Shown: positions 16,955 to 26,223, counted from the first letter of the stretch. The stretch is 32,085 bases of DNA from an uncultured Novosphingobium sp. (GCA_964245645.1 CAXTOI010000001.1:5903-37987); one strand, 5' to 3'. Translations and numbers: made by a program. Notes: a model not told the origin generated them from the letters alone.

Positions 16955-17479
16955 GTGCTCGATTCACCCATGGATATCGTCCAGATGGCCTGGATCGTAA
17001 CCGATCTTGATGAAGCCATGGCCAGATGGATGAAAACCGGACGGGTCGGGCCATTTTTCGTGATGCGTAATGTCGCGAGGAATGCCCCGGTCGAGGTCAA
17101 GATGAACGGACAAATAGTCGAAGCCGATGCCAGCTTCGCCCTAGCCCAGGCCGGCTCCATTCAGATCGAACTTATCCAGCGGCTGGGCAAGCCCATCGAG
17201 GCGCCCGATGCCACAGCGGTGCTGCCGATGGACCATGTCGCTGTCTGGACCAACGATTTTCAGGCGACGCTGGACGATTATGCGTCGCGGGGTTTCGGAA
17301 TGCAGATCGAAGGTACCTTTGGCCCGGCGCGCACCCGGTTCGCTTATGTGGATGCCCGGCACACCATCGGCTGTCAGATAGAGGTACTGCAGCGTACCCA
17401 GCCACACCTTGCTTTGTTTGAGCGGGTAGCCGAAGCCGCACGCGGTTGGGACGGCCAAGACCCCATCCGGCAGATTTGA
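16955..17479 (+). CDS. VOC-family (glyoxalase/methylmalonyl-CoA epimerase-like) protein
   Basis: 'VQMAWIVTDLDEA', 'IQIELIQ', 'DHVAVW' and 'FAYVDAR...IEV' give Q/E/H/E metal ligands. GTG 16955 follows GAGAGG. Confidence 0.85.
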   Translation: MLDSPMDIVQMAWIVTDLDEAMARWMKTGRVGPFFVMRNVARNAPVEVKMNGQIVEADASFALAQAGSIQIELIQRLGKPIEAPDATAVLPMDHVAVWTNDFQATLDDYASRGFGMQIEGTFGPARTRFAYVDARHTIGCQIEVLQRTQPHLALFERVAEAARGWDGQDPIRQI

Positions 17480-17534
17480 CTGGACGCTTAGCCGCCGAGG
17501 CCGGCCAACGAGATCTGGTATGGGGCTGATTTGC

Positions 17535-17918
17535 TCATTTTGGCCATGGCGTCGATTGCCAGGAAATCAGCTTCCATTCGCCGTCGAAACACCAGACCGC
17601 TGAAAATACCAGGTCGAGATCGACATTGTTTCCGCCGAACTGGACGACAAGTTTGGCGCGCCCATTCTTCAGCCATCCATTCGGCCCGAGCGGGGTGCTG
17701 CGGATATCGGTCTGGTCCCACGCGAGATATTTTACCCGGCCACTGCCGACAGCATCGACGTGCCTGGCTTTTTCTTCCCATTGTCCAGCAGCGTGCACGA
17801 AAATAAGATTGTCGTGCAAGAGCGTCGACAGCGTTTCGCCGTCGGCGTTCAACATCGCCGTTTTTCGCAAATCATCGCGCCGATCGACCTCGGTTCGGTT
17901 GGTTGTGAAGTCGTTCAT
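17535..17918 (-). CDS. NTF2-like (DUF4440-type) protein
   Basis: 'AMLNADGETLSTLLHDNLIFVHAAG' and 'SAVW...WKLISWQSTP' fit the family pattern. Confidence 0.85.
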   Translation of the reverse strand: MNDFTTNRTEVDRRDDLRKTAMLNADGETLSTLLHDNLIFVHAAGQWEEKARHVDAVGSGRVKYLAWDQTDIRSTPLGPNGWLKNGRAKLVVQFGGNNVDLDLVFSAVWCFDGEWKLISWQSTPWPK

Positions 17919-18001
17919 GGAAAAATCCCACTCTTCAAGATATTGTCAGAGACGTGGCGCGCGCAAGAAGCCGGTCACGGACCCAAGCCGAATGACGGCG
18001 C

Positions 18002-19267
18002 TTATCGTTCCAGGGCGGCGGCGGCAGAGATCTCTTCGGCGTAACCCTTGAAGCCCGCTTCGTGAACCGCCATCCCCAGATCGGGATCGTGCCCCGCACC
18101 CATGCGCTGGAGCTGAATCCCGAACCAGTCGGCGTAGCCGCCCTGGGCCTGCCTGAGCCTTTCCGGGCTGGTCTCCGGGCCGAGCGCGGCGGGATCGATT
18201 TGCAAGGTACGCTCCGCGACAGGCAAGCTGTCGGCCCCGCCCGACAATAGCTTGCCCGGACTTGCCGGATCGACGCACATCGGCCGGCCAAGACCGATAA
18301 CATCGACCACGCCGGTGGCCAAGGCGGCCTCCATTGCTGCGACACTTCTGAATCCGCCGGTGACCATCAGTGGTAGCGTGGTTTTTTGGCGAATAATATC
18401 CGCATATTCGATGAAATAGGCCTCACGCGCGACCGTGGTCGCTTTCGTGGCGTCGGCATGGGCGGAGTCGCTGCCGCCCATTTCCTGCCGCTCGTAAGTA
18501 CCGCCGGATATTTCGAGCAGATCGATCCCGGCCTGCTCCAGCGCCTGCGCTACCCAGGCTGCATCATCGGGTTCATAACCACCCTTTTCGAAATCGGTTG
18601 AATTGAGTTTGACCGAAATGGGAAACTCCGGGCCGACTTGCTTTCTGACTGCGGCGACGATTTCCAGAAGGAAACGGGTCCGCGATTCCAGCGATCCGCC
18701 CCATTCGTCCGTCCGCAGATTTGTACGGTTGCTCAGAAACTGCGAGATCAAATAGCCGTGCGCACCATGGAGTTGCAGACCGGTGAAGCCCACGTCACGC
18801 GCTACGCCGGCAACCTTGGCAAAGCGGTCGATAATGTCGAGGATCTCCTCGTGGGCAAGCTCGCGGGGAGGATTGAAGCCGGGTACGGTGACCGGCACGG
18901 CGGAAGGCGCTACGGGAAGGGCGTTGACGATCTCCCCGGACTGCCGCCCAGGATGGTTGATCTGCATCCAGATATGATTACCGCCGCTTTTGCCGGCAGC
19001 GGCCATCGCCCGCAGCGTGTCGAGGCCGTCGTTGCCATCGACCGCGATATTCCTGGCCCGTTCGAGATGGCGCCGATCGACCACGACATTTCCGGTGATC
19101 AGCAGGCCTGCGCCGCCCTGTGAGAAGCGCTCGTAAAGCTTGGCGTGTTCCGGCGTCGCGCGGCTGAGCGAATCTGCCAGCCGTTCGGTCATGGCCGCTT
19201 TCGCCAGGCGGTTGGGCAACGTCGCGCCACAAGGCAAGCGCAGCGGATCACGCAGTTTCATCGGCAT
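18002..19267 (-). CDS. NADH:flavin oxidoreductase / OYE-like (single FMN domain with C-terminal extension)
   Basis: 'NRLAKAAMTE', 'QLHGAHGYLISQFLS', 'RTDEWGGSLE', 'VKLNS', 'EISGGTYE' and 'REAYF'. Confidence 0.93.
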   Translation of the reverse strand: MPMKLRDPLRLPCGATLPNRLAKAAMTERLADSLSRATPEHAKLYERFSQGGAGLLITGNVVVDRRHLERARNIAVDGNDGLDTLRAMAAAGKSGGNHIWMQINHPGRQSGEIVNALPVAPSAVPVTVPGFNPPRELAHEEILDIIDRFAKVAGVARDVGFTGLQLHGAHGYLISQFLSNRTNLRTDEWGGSLESRTRFLLEIVAAVRKQVGPEFPISVKLNSTDFEKGGYEPDDAAWVAQALEQAGIDLLEISGGTYERQEMGGSDSAHADATKATTVAREAYFIEYADIIRQKTTLPLMVTGGFRSVAAMEAALATGVVDVIGLGRPMCVDPASPGKLLSGGADSLPVAERTLQIDPAALGPETSPERLRQAQGGYADWFGIQLQRMGAGHDPDLGMAVHEAGFKGYAEEISAAAALER

Positions 19268-19287
19268 TCATCTCCAGCGGAATTAGG

Positions 19288-19305
19288 TATTCAAGTGCTT
19301 ATTTA
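19288..19305. promoter_or_regulatory. Imperfect 18-bp palindromic operator candidate TATTCAAGT|GCTTATTTA
   Basis: Lies about 20 bp upstream of the OYE start and contains the recurrent motif. Confidence 0.45.
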
Positions 19306-19351
19306 GAAAAAGTGACGGGATGTGTCAATTGGATGGCCTTGGCCATGGATT

Positions 19352-20830
19352 TCAACCGGGCATCGTGAGCCGAGCCAACCGCTCTTCTCGCAACTTCTGC
19401 CGCCGCACTTTGCCTGCGTCGTCGCGGATCTGCTCGGATGTAAACTCGATCGATCGCGGGATTTTGTATCGCACCAGCCGCTTGGCCAGGAATTCGAGCA
19501 ATTCGGATTGATCGATAAGACCCATTTGCTGCGCCACCGGCTTGACGATGGCATGCGCAATCGCGCCCAGATCATCGTCGGGCAGCCCGATGACCACCGC
19601 ACCTTCCACCCCTGGATGTTCGAGCAGAACGGCTTCGATTTCCGCCGGAAAAATATTGGCACCGCCGGATAAGATCAGATCGGTAAGTCGGTCGGCAATA
19701 TAAATGAAGCCATCATCATCGACCCAGCCGTAGTCGCCCAGTGTCTCATAGCCGCCCGCAGAGCTACGCGGTTCGGCGCCGACATAGCGATAGGTCGAGC
19801 CCTGGCCGTTGGCGGGGAGCGCGAAGATTTCTCCGACCGTGCCCGTTGGAACTTCTTTCCCATCGTCATCAAGAACTTTGATCTTGTCGGACAGCGGCCG
19901 CCCAACCGATCCGGGATGGGTCAGCCAGTCGACGCCGTTGATGATCGTGGTGCCGATGCCCTCGGTCCCACCATAGAGTTCCCAGATCCTGGCAGCGCCG
20001 AACCAATCGATCCATTCGCGTTTAAGCGCGGGGGCCATTGGCGCGGCCCAGTGCCAGATCGCCTCAATGGACGACACATCATAGCGATCCCGGGTTTCGC
20101 GCGGCAGGCTCGATATCCGGCTCATCATGGTCGGTACGAAGCTCGTCCAGGTCACGCGGTGTTCCTGGATCAGCCGGAGCGTCTGTTCCGGATCGAAGCG
20201 CACCATCCCGACAACCCGGACGCCCTGGAGAAGCGCGCGCAGGTTCGTCGTCACCGGCATGTTGTGGTAGACCGGCCCGGTGGAGAGGATCGTGCCGCTG
20301 GTGGGAATATTCAGCCATGGCGGGCCATCGGGGTCGTAATGGCCGGGTGCAACGGCCGCGATAATCTTCGGCCGCCCGGTAGACCCGCCCGACGACATGG
20401 CTTTCCATGGATTGGACAGTACCGATGGCAAGGGGTCCAGCCGATCGAAATCCCTGCCGAAGGCGACCGGCCTGGCGCCAAGCTGCGCGGCAGCATCGGC
20501 ATCATCGCTGAGGATCAGCTTCGATTGCGCCAACTCAACGATGCCCTGCAGCTCGGCGATAGGCAGTCGGTTGGAAACGACGTGGGGCGTCGCGCCGATC
20601 TTCCACAGCGCAAACATGATCTCATAAAAGGCTACGCCATTTGCCGCGCCCAGCGTTACCCAGTCGCCCGGCGCTATACCCGCGTCCTTGAACGCCCATG
20701 CGCGGCGCGTGGAAAATTCGTCGAGTTCTCCCCAGGTAAGGACTTGATCGTCATAGCGAATGGCCCATTCATCTGCGCTGCGGCGCGCGGCATTGAATGC
20801 GGGTATTTCGCCCAGGGGAGTCAGCGCCAT
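19352..20830 (-). CDS. AMP-dependent acid:CoA ligase (bile acid-CoA ligase-like subgroup)
   Basis: P-loop 'SSGGSTGRPK', 'YGGTEG', 'LGDYG', 'GGANIFPAEIE' and catalytic 'GKV'. Confidence 0.94.
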   Translation of the reverse strand: MALTPLGEIPAFNAARRSADEWAIRYDDQVLTWGELDEFSTRRAWAFKDAGIAPGDWVTLGAANGVAFYEIMFALWKIGATPHVVSNRLPIAELQGIVELAQSKLILSDDADAAAQLGARPVAFGRDFDRLDPLPSVLSNPWKAMSSGGSTGRPKIIAAVAPGHYDPDGPPWLNIPTSGTILSTGPVYHNMPVTTNLRALLQGVRVVGMVRFDPEQTLRLIQEHRVTWTSFVPTMMSRISSLPRETRDRYDVSSIEAIWHWAAPMAPALKREWIDWFGAARIWELYGGTEGIGTTIINGVDWLTHPGSVGRPLSDKIKVLDDDGKEVPTGTVGEIFALPANGQGSTYRYVGAEPRSSAGGYETLGDYGWVDDDGFIYIADRLTDLILSGGANIFPAEIEAVLLEHPGVEGAVVIGLPDDDLGAIAHAIVKPVAQQMGLIDQSELLEFLAKRLVRYKIPRSIEFTSEQIRDDAGKVRRQKLREERLARLTMPG

Positions 20831-20932
20831 CTCGTTTGAGCCTTAATCGAATGAAGATGTTTCAGGAGGTCGTTGTAGCGCCGGCGTTCGTGATTTGGCG
20901 GGATCTGCCGACATGCCCCCGCCGCTGGCCGC

Positions 20933-21937
20933 TCAGACCGTGATTACCAACTTGCCGACATGCTCGCCGTTCTGGATCGCACGATAAGCATCGACCGCCT
21001 GATCGAAGGCGAATGTCGCATGGATGACCGGCTTGATCTCATGCATTTCAAGCGCGCGGTTCATCTGTTCGAAAAGGTCGCGTGGTCCGGTCATAAGACC
21101 GCGCAAAGTGCCATTTGAACCGATCAACCCAAGCGGGTTCATCTGGCCCTGGCTCAGTGCGCCGATGAGATTTACCTGGCCATGCAGCGCCAGCGCGGCG
21201 AGCGAGCGGTCGAGCGTGCCGGGGCCACCGATTTCCAACAGCTGATCCACGCCCTTGCCGTCCGTCAGCAGGCGCACCTCATCCTGCCACTCCGGCGTGC
21301 GTCGATAATTGACGAGACCGCTCGCGCCAAGCTGGCGATGCTGCTCTAGCTTTTCATCGCTGGAGGAGATCGTAATGACCCTGGCGCCGGCCATCGTGGC
21401 AAACTGCAGCGCAAAGGTCGACACGCCGCCCGTGCCCATGACGAGCAACGTCTCGCCCGCCTGGATAGGGCGCGCGCCGAACAGAGCATTCCAGGCAGTG
21501 ACGCCCGCACAGGGCAAGGTAGCGGCTTCCGGATACGACAAATGCGCAGGTATATGGACCAGTCCGTGTGCTTCGAAGCAGCGAAATTCGGTCAAGACCC
21601 CATCGATAGGTCCGCCCAGATCATGCTGGCCATCATCGGCTGTCCGCTTTCCCGCGAGCCAGCTTTGGGTGAAGATGCCGCAGACCCGGTCGCCGATCCG
21701 CCAGTGGTCCACGTCATCGCCTAACGCGACGATCTCACCAGCACCGTCGGACAGCGGAACGACATTGGGCAGTATCGAACCAGGATAGCGGCCGTCGGCG
21801 ATCGCCAGATCGCGATAATTGATCGCCATTGCGTGCAGCTTGACGAGGACCTGACCACGCAGCGGTTTCGGCACGTCGGCGTCGACGCGGCGAAGATGAT
21901 CGAGGCTGCCCGGTTGGGACAGGGTATAGCAGAACAT
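20933..21937 (-). CDS. MDR-family NAD(P)-dependent oxidoreductase (zinc-free, quinone/alkenal reductase-like)
   Basis: 'INYRD', 'PLSDGAG' in place of GHE, 'TLPCAGVTAWNAL', 'GTGGVS' and 'GKLVI'; GGAGAG RBS. Confidence 0.93.
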   Translation of the reverse strand: MFCYTLSQPGSLDHLRRVDADVPKPLRGQVLVKLHAMAINYRDLAIADGRYPGSILPNVVPLSDGAGEIVALGDDVDHWRIGDRVCGIFTQSWLAGKRTADDGQHDLGGPIDGVLTEFRCFEAHGLVHIPAHLSYPEAATLPCAGVTAWNALFGARPIQAGETLLVMGTGGVSTFALQFATMAGARVITISSSDEKLEQHRQLGASGLVNYRRTPEWQDEVRLLTDGKGVDQLLEIGGPGTLDRSLAALALHGQVNLIGALSQGQMNPLGLIGSNGTLRGLMTGPRDLFEQMNRALEMHEIKPVIHATFAFDQAVDAYRAIQNGEHVGKLVITV

Positions 21938-22060
21938 TTCTCTCTCCTGGCCAGGCCTGGGCCTTCGCTCCGCGAGCCATGATCCTGCTTAGGTCACTCA
22001 ACCCGATGGGGGCACCGCCGAAAGGCTGCCACAACTCGATTGACAAAGCCAGACGCGATA

Positions 22061-22078
22061 TAAATAAGCGCATAATAA
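22061..22078. promoter_or_regulatory. Imperfect 18-bp palindromic operator candidate TAAATAAGC|GCATAATAA
   Basis: In the divergent MDR/OYE intergenic region, downstream of a TTGACA at 22040-22045. Confidence 0.45.
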
Positions 22079-22180
22079 GATCAAGCAATTTTGGCGGTGG
22101 TCGAAACTCTCCGGGCAAGGATCAGCGATGCTTCGCCGCTACTTTATCCTGAAATTCCGTGGCGAGATGGGCATGATTAC

Positions 22181-23293
22181 ATGAGTCTGAGTTCATTGTT
22201 TGAGCCATTCTGCCTCAAATCGCTGGAGCTAAAGAACCGCATCGTCATGGCGCCGATGACGCGCGGGCGCTGTCCCGGCGGAGTGCCGGATGACCAGGTG
22301 GCTGCCTATTATCGGCGACGCGCCGAGAAGGAGGTCGGCCTAATCCTTTCCGAATCCGTGGCCATCGATCGGCCTGCGGCCAGGCAGGGGCCCAATATTC
22401 CCTGCTTCCATGGCGAAGCGGCTTTGGCGGGGTGGCAGAAGGTCATAGACGAAGTTCACCAGGCCGGCGGCAAGATGGGGCCGCAGCTGTGGCATGTCGG
22501 CGCGTTGCCGAGCCCCCATATCGAATGGGCGATGCCGGGTCTGCCGGAAAACCCATCGGGGATTTTCGCGCTCGAACAGCCCGGCGGCCGGGCAATGACC
22601 GACGAAGACCTTGCCGACACGATCGCCGGCTTTGCGCGAGCAGCCGCCGATGCGGCGCGGCTGGGCTTCGATGTCATCGAACTCCACGGCGCGCACGGCT
22701 ATCTCATCGATCAGTTCTTCTGGGCCGAAACGAATATCCGGAACGATATCTACGGGGGTGCAACACTCGCAAATCGATCATTTTTCGGTCTCGAGGTCGT
22801 CAAGGCCGTGCGCGCCGCTGTCGGCATCGACATGCCGATCATCCTGCGGCTCAGTCAGTGGAAACAGCAGGATTATTCGGTACGCCTGGTCGATAACGTC
22901 GATGCTCTGGCCGGCTGGCTCAACCCCCTTGTCGCGGCCGGGGTCGATATTCTGCATTGTTCGCAGCGCCGGTTCTGGGAGCCCGAATTTCCCGAAATCG
23001 ATGGCCCGGACGGGCTGAATTTTGCGGGATGGGCAAAGAAATTGACGGGGGCCGCAACGATCAGCGTTGGCTCCGTGGGTCTTTCCGGCGATCCGGTAGC
23101 GTCCTTCTCGGGAGAAAGTTCGCATCCAACCAGCCTCCAGAATCTGGTCGATCGCATGGAGCGCGGCGAATTCGACCTGATCGCCGTAGGTCGCGCGCTG
23201 CTCGCCGATCCGCACTGGGCAGCGAAGGTGCGGAACGGCGACTTTGCGGGACTGAAGGGCTTCAACCCGGTGGCGTTCGACGAACTGATCTGA
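22181..23293 (+). CDS. NADH:flavin oxidoreductase / Old Yellow Enzyme (12-oxophytodienoate reductase-like)
   Basis: 'LFEPF..LKNRIVMAPMTR', 'QLWHVG', 'ELHGAHGYLIDQF', 'RLSQWK' and 'VGRALLADP'. Start placed at ATG 22181. Confidence 0.94.
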   Translation: MSLSSLFEPFCLKSLELKNRIVMAPMTRGRCPGGVPDDQVAAYYRRRAEKEVGLILSESVAIDRPAARQGPNIPCFHGEAALAGWQKVIDEVHQAGGKMGPQLWHVGALPSPHIEWAMPGLPENPSGIFALEQPGGRAMTDEDLADTIAGFARAAADAARLGFDVIELHGAHGYLIDQFFWAETNIRNDIYGGATLANRSFFGLEVVKAVRAAVGIDMPIILRLSQWKQQDYSVRLVDNVDALAGWLNPLVAAGVDILHCSQRRFWEPEFPEIDGPDGLNFAGWAKKLTGAATISVGSVGLSGDPVASFSGESSHPTSLQNLVDRMERGEFDLIAVGRALLADPHWAAKVRNGDFAGLKGFNPVAFDELI

Positions 23294-23378
23294 ACAGCGT
23301 CGGTGCCCTGTTCCAGGCACGGGGATGCTCACTGCCAAATGCGATCTACAGCGAAATCTGTAGTGAGGAGAGAATGAC

Positions 23379-23858
23379 ATGGAAATCGATGCCGCCAGAC
23401 AAGCGAATATTCTGCAATCTCTCGCTGACCGCGCCGAAATAACCGAGCTGTTCGCGGCCTACGCCATTTGCGTCGATGACAAGGATTTCAAGGCCTGGCA
23501 GGCGCTGTTCACGGATGACGGTACCTATGGAAACCGCCCGGTACCCAAGCGGCTGCTGAACGAGGCCGGCCAGCGGCTGCTCGAACCCTTCGTGGTAACG
23601 CACCATATGCTGGGCCAGCATGCCATAACGCTGAACGGCGACGAAGCCCATGGCCGTTGCTACTTCATGGCCCGGCATATCAGAGCTGCCGATCCTGGCG
23701 GTCCGTCAGACGACATCGCTGGCTGGTACCTCGTCGATTATCGACGGACATCTGCAGGATGGCGGATCGTTGCCGTGCGAGGAAAGATGCCGTGGGTCCG
23801 CGGCAACTTTGGCAACCATCACGCCACGGTGCTCGATGATATCCTGGGTGAAGCGTAA
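23379..23858 (+). CDS. NTF2/SnoaL-like protein (scytalone dehydratase/BaiE/LinA fold)
   Basis: 'DRAEITELFAAYAICVDDKD', 'LFTDDG', 'THHM' and 'GWY..DYRRT..GWRI'; GAGGAG RBS. Confidence 0.9.
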   Translation: MEIDAARQANILQSLADRAEITELFAAYAICVDDKDFKAWQALFTDDGTYGNRPVPKRLLNEAGQRLLEPFVVTHHMLGQHAITLNGDEAHGRCYFMARHIRAADPGGPSDDIAGWYLVDYRRTSAGWRIVAVRGKMPWVRGNFGNHHATVLDDILGEA

Positions 23859-23890
23859 GTTCCCCCGATAGACTTCTCAAGGAGCCATGA

Positions 23891-24277
23891 ATGATCAAGG
23901 TACTGAGCTTTTACAAGCGCAAGCCGGGATTGTCCTTCGAAGATTATTCGGATTACTGGCGTAACGTTCACGGCCCACTGGTCGTCAATACACCGGCGAT
24001 CTCGCAATATATGCGCCGCTATGTCCAGCATCATTTGCGTCCCCGACCGGGAGTTGCGGGTGCGGCGGCGCTGGACTTCGACGGTATGTCCGAGAACTGG
24101 ATCGTCAGTTCCGAGGCCGGGATCGAAATGCGCAAGCTCCCGGAATGGCAGATGATCGTCGCCGACGAGGCTCACTTCCTCGATATGGATGCGCAACGCG
24201 TGCTCATGCTTGACAATCAGGTTGTGCAAATCGGCAATGAGATCGACCTTGGCGACGATACGGTGCGGTTCTTCTGA
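23891..24277 (+). CDS. EthD-domain protein
   Basis: 'KRKPGLSFEDYSDYWRNVHGPL', 'RRYVQHH', 'FDGMSENW' and 'ADEAHFLD'; AGGAG RBS. Confidence 0.92.
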   Translation: MIKVLSFYKRKPGLSFEDYSDYWRNVHGPLVVNTPAISQYMRRYVQHHLRPRPGVAGAAALDFDGMSENWIVSSEAGIEMRKLPEWQMIVADEAHFLDMDAQRVLMLDNQVVQIGNEIDLGDDTVRFF

Positions 24278-24511
24278 TTGACCTCGTCAAGCTGACGAAG
24301 CTCTGTGGGGTGCCGCTTTGCCAGCTTGGCGATCCTTACATCCTGATTAATGAATCGGATTAATTACGCCAATTAATAAATAACGTCCTGCTGTAATTTC
24401 CCGTCCCCTATACGCGGTGGTAGCGCTTCGAACAGATATTGGACGCCGGACGTCGCGCGATCGACGCTGCATCGATCCGGCACCAGGTAAGGGAAGCGAG
24501 GAGAGACCGCC

Positions 24512-25369
24512 GTGGCGTATAATTCCGTGTTCAGGCCCGGGCTCTTTGCGGGGCAAACCGTGATGATCACCGGCGGCGGGTCCGGGATCGGCCGCACTAC
24601 GGCGCATGAACTCAGCGCGCTGGGTGCTTCGGTCGCTTTGGTCGGCCGTCGCGGAGACGTTCTGGCGGCCACCGCTGCGGAGATTAGCGCGCAGGGCGGG
24701 CGAGTCACAACGCATGTCTGCGACATTCGCGACGAGATCAGCGTGAAAGCGGTCGTTCAATCCGCGCTTGAACAGCACGGCCGGATCGACGGCTTGGTGA
24801 ACAACGCTGGGGGGCAATATATGGCCAAGATCCGCGACATGACAACGAAAGGCTGGGAAGCGGTCGTGCGCAACAATCTGACCGGTGGGTTCATCGTTTC
24901 GCGAGAGGTCTATCTGCAATGGATGGAAGCGAACGGCGGCAATATCGTCAATATGGCAGCGGATGTGGAGGGCGGCTGGCCGAATGTGGCCCATTCGGGT
25001 GCAGCGCGTGCCGGAATGATCAATTTTACGCAGTCGGCCGCAGCGGAGTGGGCCCATTCCGGGGTGCGGGTCAACGCCGTCGCGCCGGGCGCAATCATTT
25101 CATCCGGAGACCATACGTATACGGAGGAGGAAAAGAAGCCTTTCCTCAATTACGTGCGCCGTATCCCGTTGCAGCGCCGGGGCACCGAATCCGAGGCTGC
25201 AGCCGTGATCGTGTTCCTCCTTTCGCCGGCGGCATCCTATGTCACCGGCTCGGTGGTCCGGATCGATGGCGGGACTCAGAACGCCAGGCAGATCGAAACC
25301 CTCGAGCCACACGAAAAATCGATTCCTTTCGAGGGCTTTGAAACGCAGCCGTCCATGCCCGCCGTCTGA
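24512..25369 (+). CDS. SDR oxidoreductase, AtuB (citronellol/citronellal dehydrogenase)/trans-2-enoyl-CoA reductase-like
   Basis: N-terminus 'AYNSVFRPGLFAG..TGGGSGIGR.TAHEL', 'NNAGGQY' and 'HSGAARAG' closely recall Pseudomonas AtuB; GTG start after GAGGAG. Confidence 0.9.
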   Translation: MAYNSVFRPGLFAGQTVMITGGGSGIGRTTAHELSALGASVALVGRRGDVLAATAAEISAQGGRVTTHVCDIRDEISVKAVVQSALEQHGRIDGLVNNAGGQYMAKIRDMTTKGWEAVVRNNLTGGFIVSREVYLQWMEANGGNIVNMAADVEGGWPNVAHSGAARAGMINFTQSAAAEWAHSGVRVNAVAPGAIISSGDHTYTEEEKKPFLNYVRRIPLQRRGTESEAAAVIVFLLSPAASYVTGSVVRIDGGTQNARQIETLEPHEKSIPFEGFETQPSMPAV

Positions 25370-25437
25370 CGGACGACGGCCCCGCGTCTGACAGTGCGTC
25401 AGGAACATCCGGTCGGCCCCATCGCAGAGGAAACAAG

Positions 25438-26223
25438 ATGTACCAATATATCTCGGTGGAGCGTGAGGGGCATCTCACGATCATTACCATCCGGCGTCCG
25501 GAAGTGCTCAATGCATTGCATCCGCCCGCAAATCACGAAGGCCATGACGCAGTAAATGCGTTCGCCGCTGACCCGGATCAGTGGGTGGCGATCGTGACAG
25601 CCGCAGGCGATCGTGCTTTCAGTGCCGGAAACGACCTCAAATATCAGGCTGATGGTGGTGATGTCTTCGCGGCGCAGCCACCGACCGGACTACTGGGTTT
25701 GAGTTCGCGGTATGATCTGAACAAGCCGGTGATCGCGGCGGTCAACGGTCTCGCCATGGGCGGCGGGTTCGAACTTGCCTTGGCCTGCGATCTCATCATC
25801 GCCGCCGACACGGCGGTGTTCGCGCTGCCGGAGGCAAAGGTGGGATTGGCGGCGGTGGGCAGCGGTCTCCACCGTCTGCCGCGCACGATCGGGGTGAAGC
25901 GCGCGATGAGCATGATCCTCACCGGGCGCAACGTGTCAGCGCGCGAAGGTCTGGAGCTTGGCTTCGTCAACGAAGTCGTGCCGCCCGCCGAATTGATGGC
26001 TGCGGCCCGCCGTTGGGCCGACTTGATACAGGCCTGCAGCCCCATGGCGATCCAGGCGTCCAAAGCCACCGTTCATGCCGGTCTCGACGAGCCGACCTTC
26101 AAAAGCGCGCTCACAGGCCAGTTCGAATACCCGGCCATGAAAGCGTTGATGGCATCGGCTGACTGGATCGAAGGGCCAAAAGCTTTTTCAGAAAAGCGGC
26201 CGCCATTGTGGACCAGCACATGA
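25438..26223 (+). CDS. Enoyl-CoA hydratase/isomerase (crotonase, CaiD-like)
   Basis: 'AFSAGNDLK', 'KPVIAAVNGLAMGGGFELALACD' and 'LPEAKVG' (both catalytic Glu present); 'AFSEKRPP'. Confidence 0.95.
   Translation: MYQYISVEREGHLTIITIRRPEVLNALHPPANHEGHDAVNAFAADPDQWVAIVTAAGDRAFSAGNDLKYQADGGDVFAAQPPTGLLGLSSRYDLNKPVIAAVNGLAMGGGFELALACDLIIAADTAVFALPEAKVGLAAVGSGLHRLPRTIGVKRAMSMILTGRNVSAREGLELGFVNEVVPPAELMAAARRWADLIQACSPMAIQASKATVHAGLDEPTFKSALTGQFEYPAMKALMASADWIEGPKAFSEKRPPLWTST

Noticed and set aside
4437-20839. Long antisense ORFs (e.g. 4437-5459, 6953-8002, 9016-10095, 11275-12099, 15692-16933, 19916-20839)
   Set aside because: They lie opposite well-supported genes and have no recognisable motifs; such shadow ORFs are expected from high-GC codon bias.
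22040-22066. Canonical sigma70 promoter from the TTGACA at 22040
   Set aside because: Candidate -10 hexamers fall at 13-15 bp spacing, so it is not supportable without TSS data.
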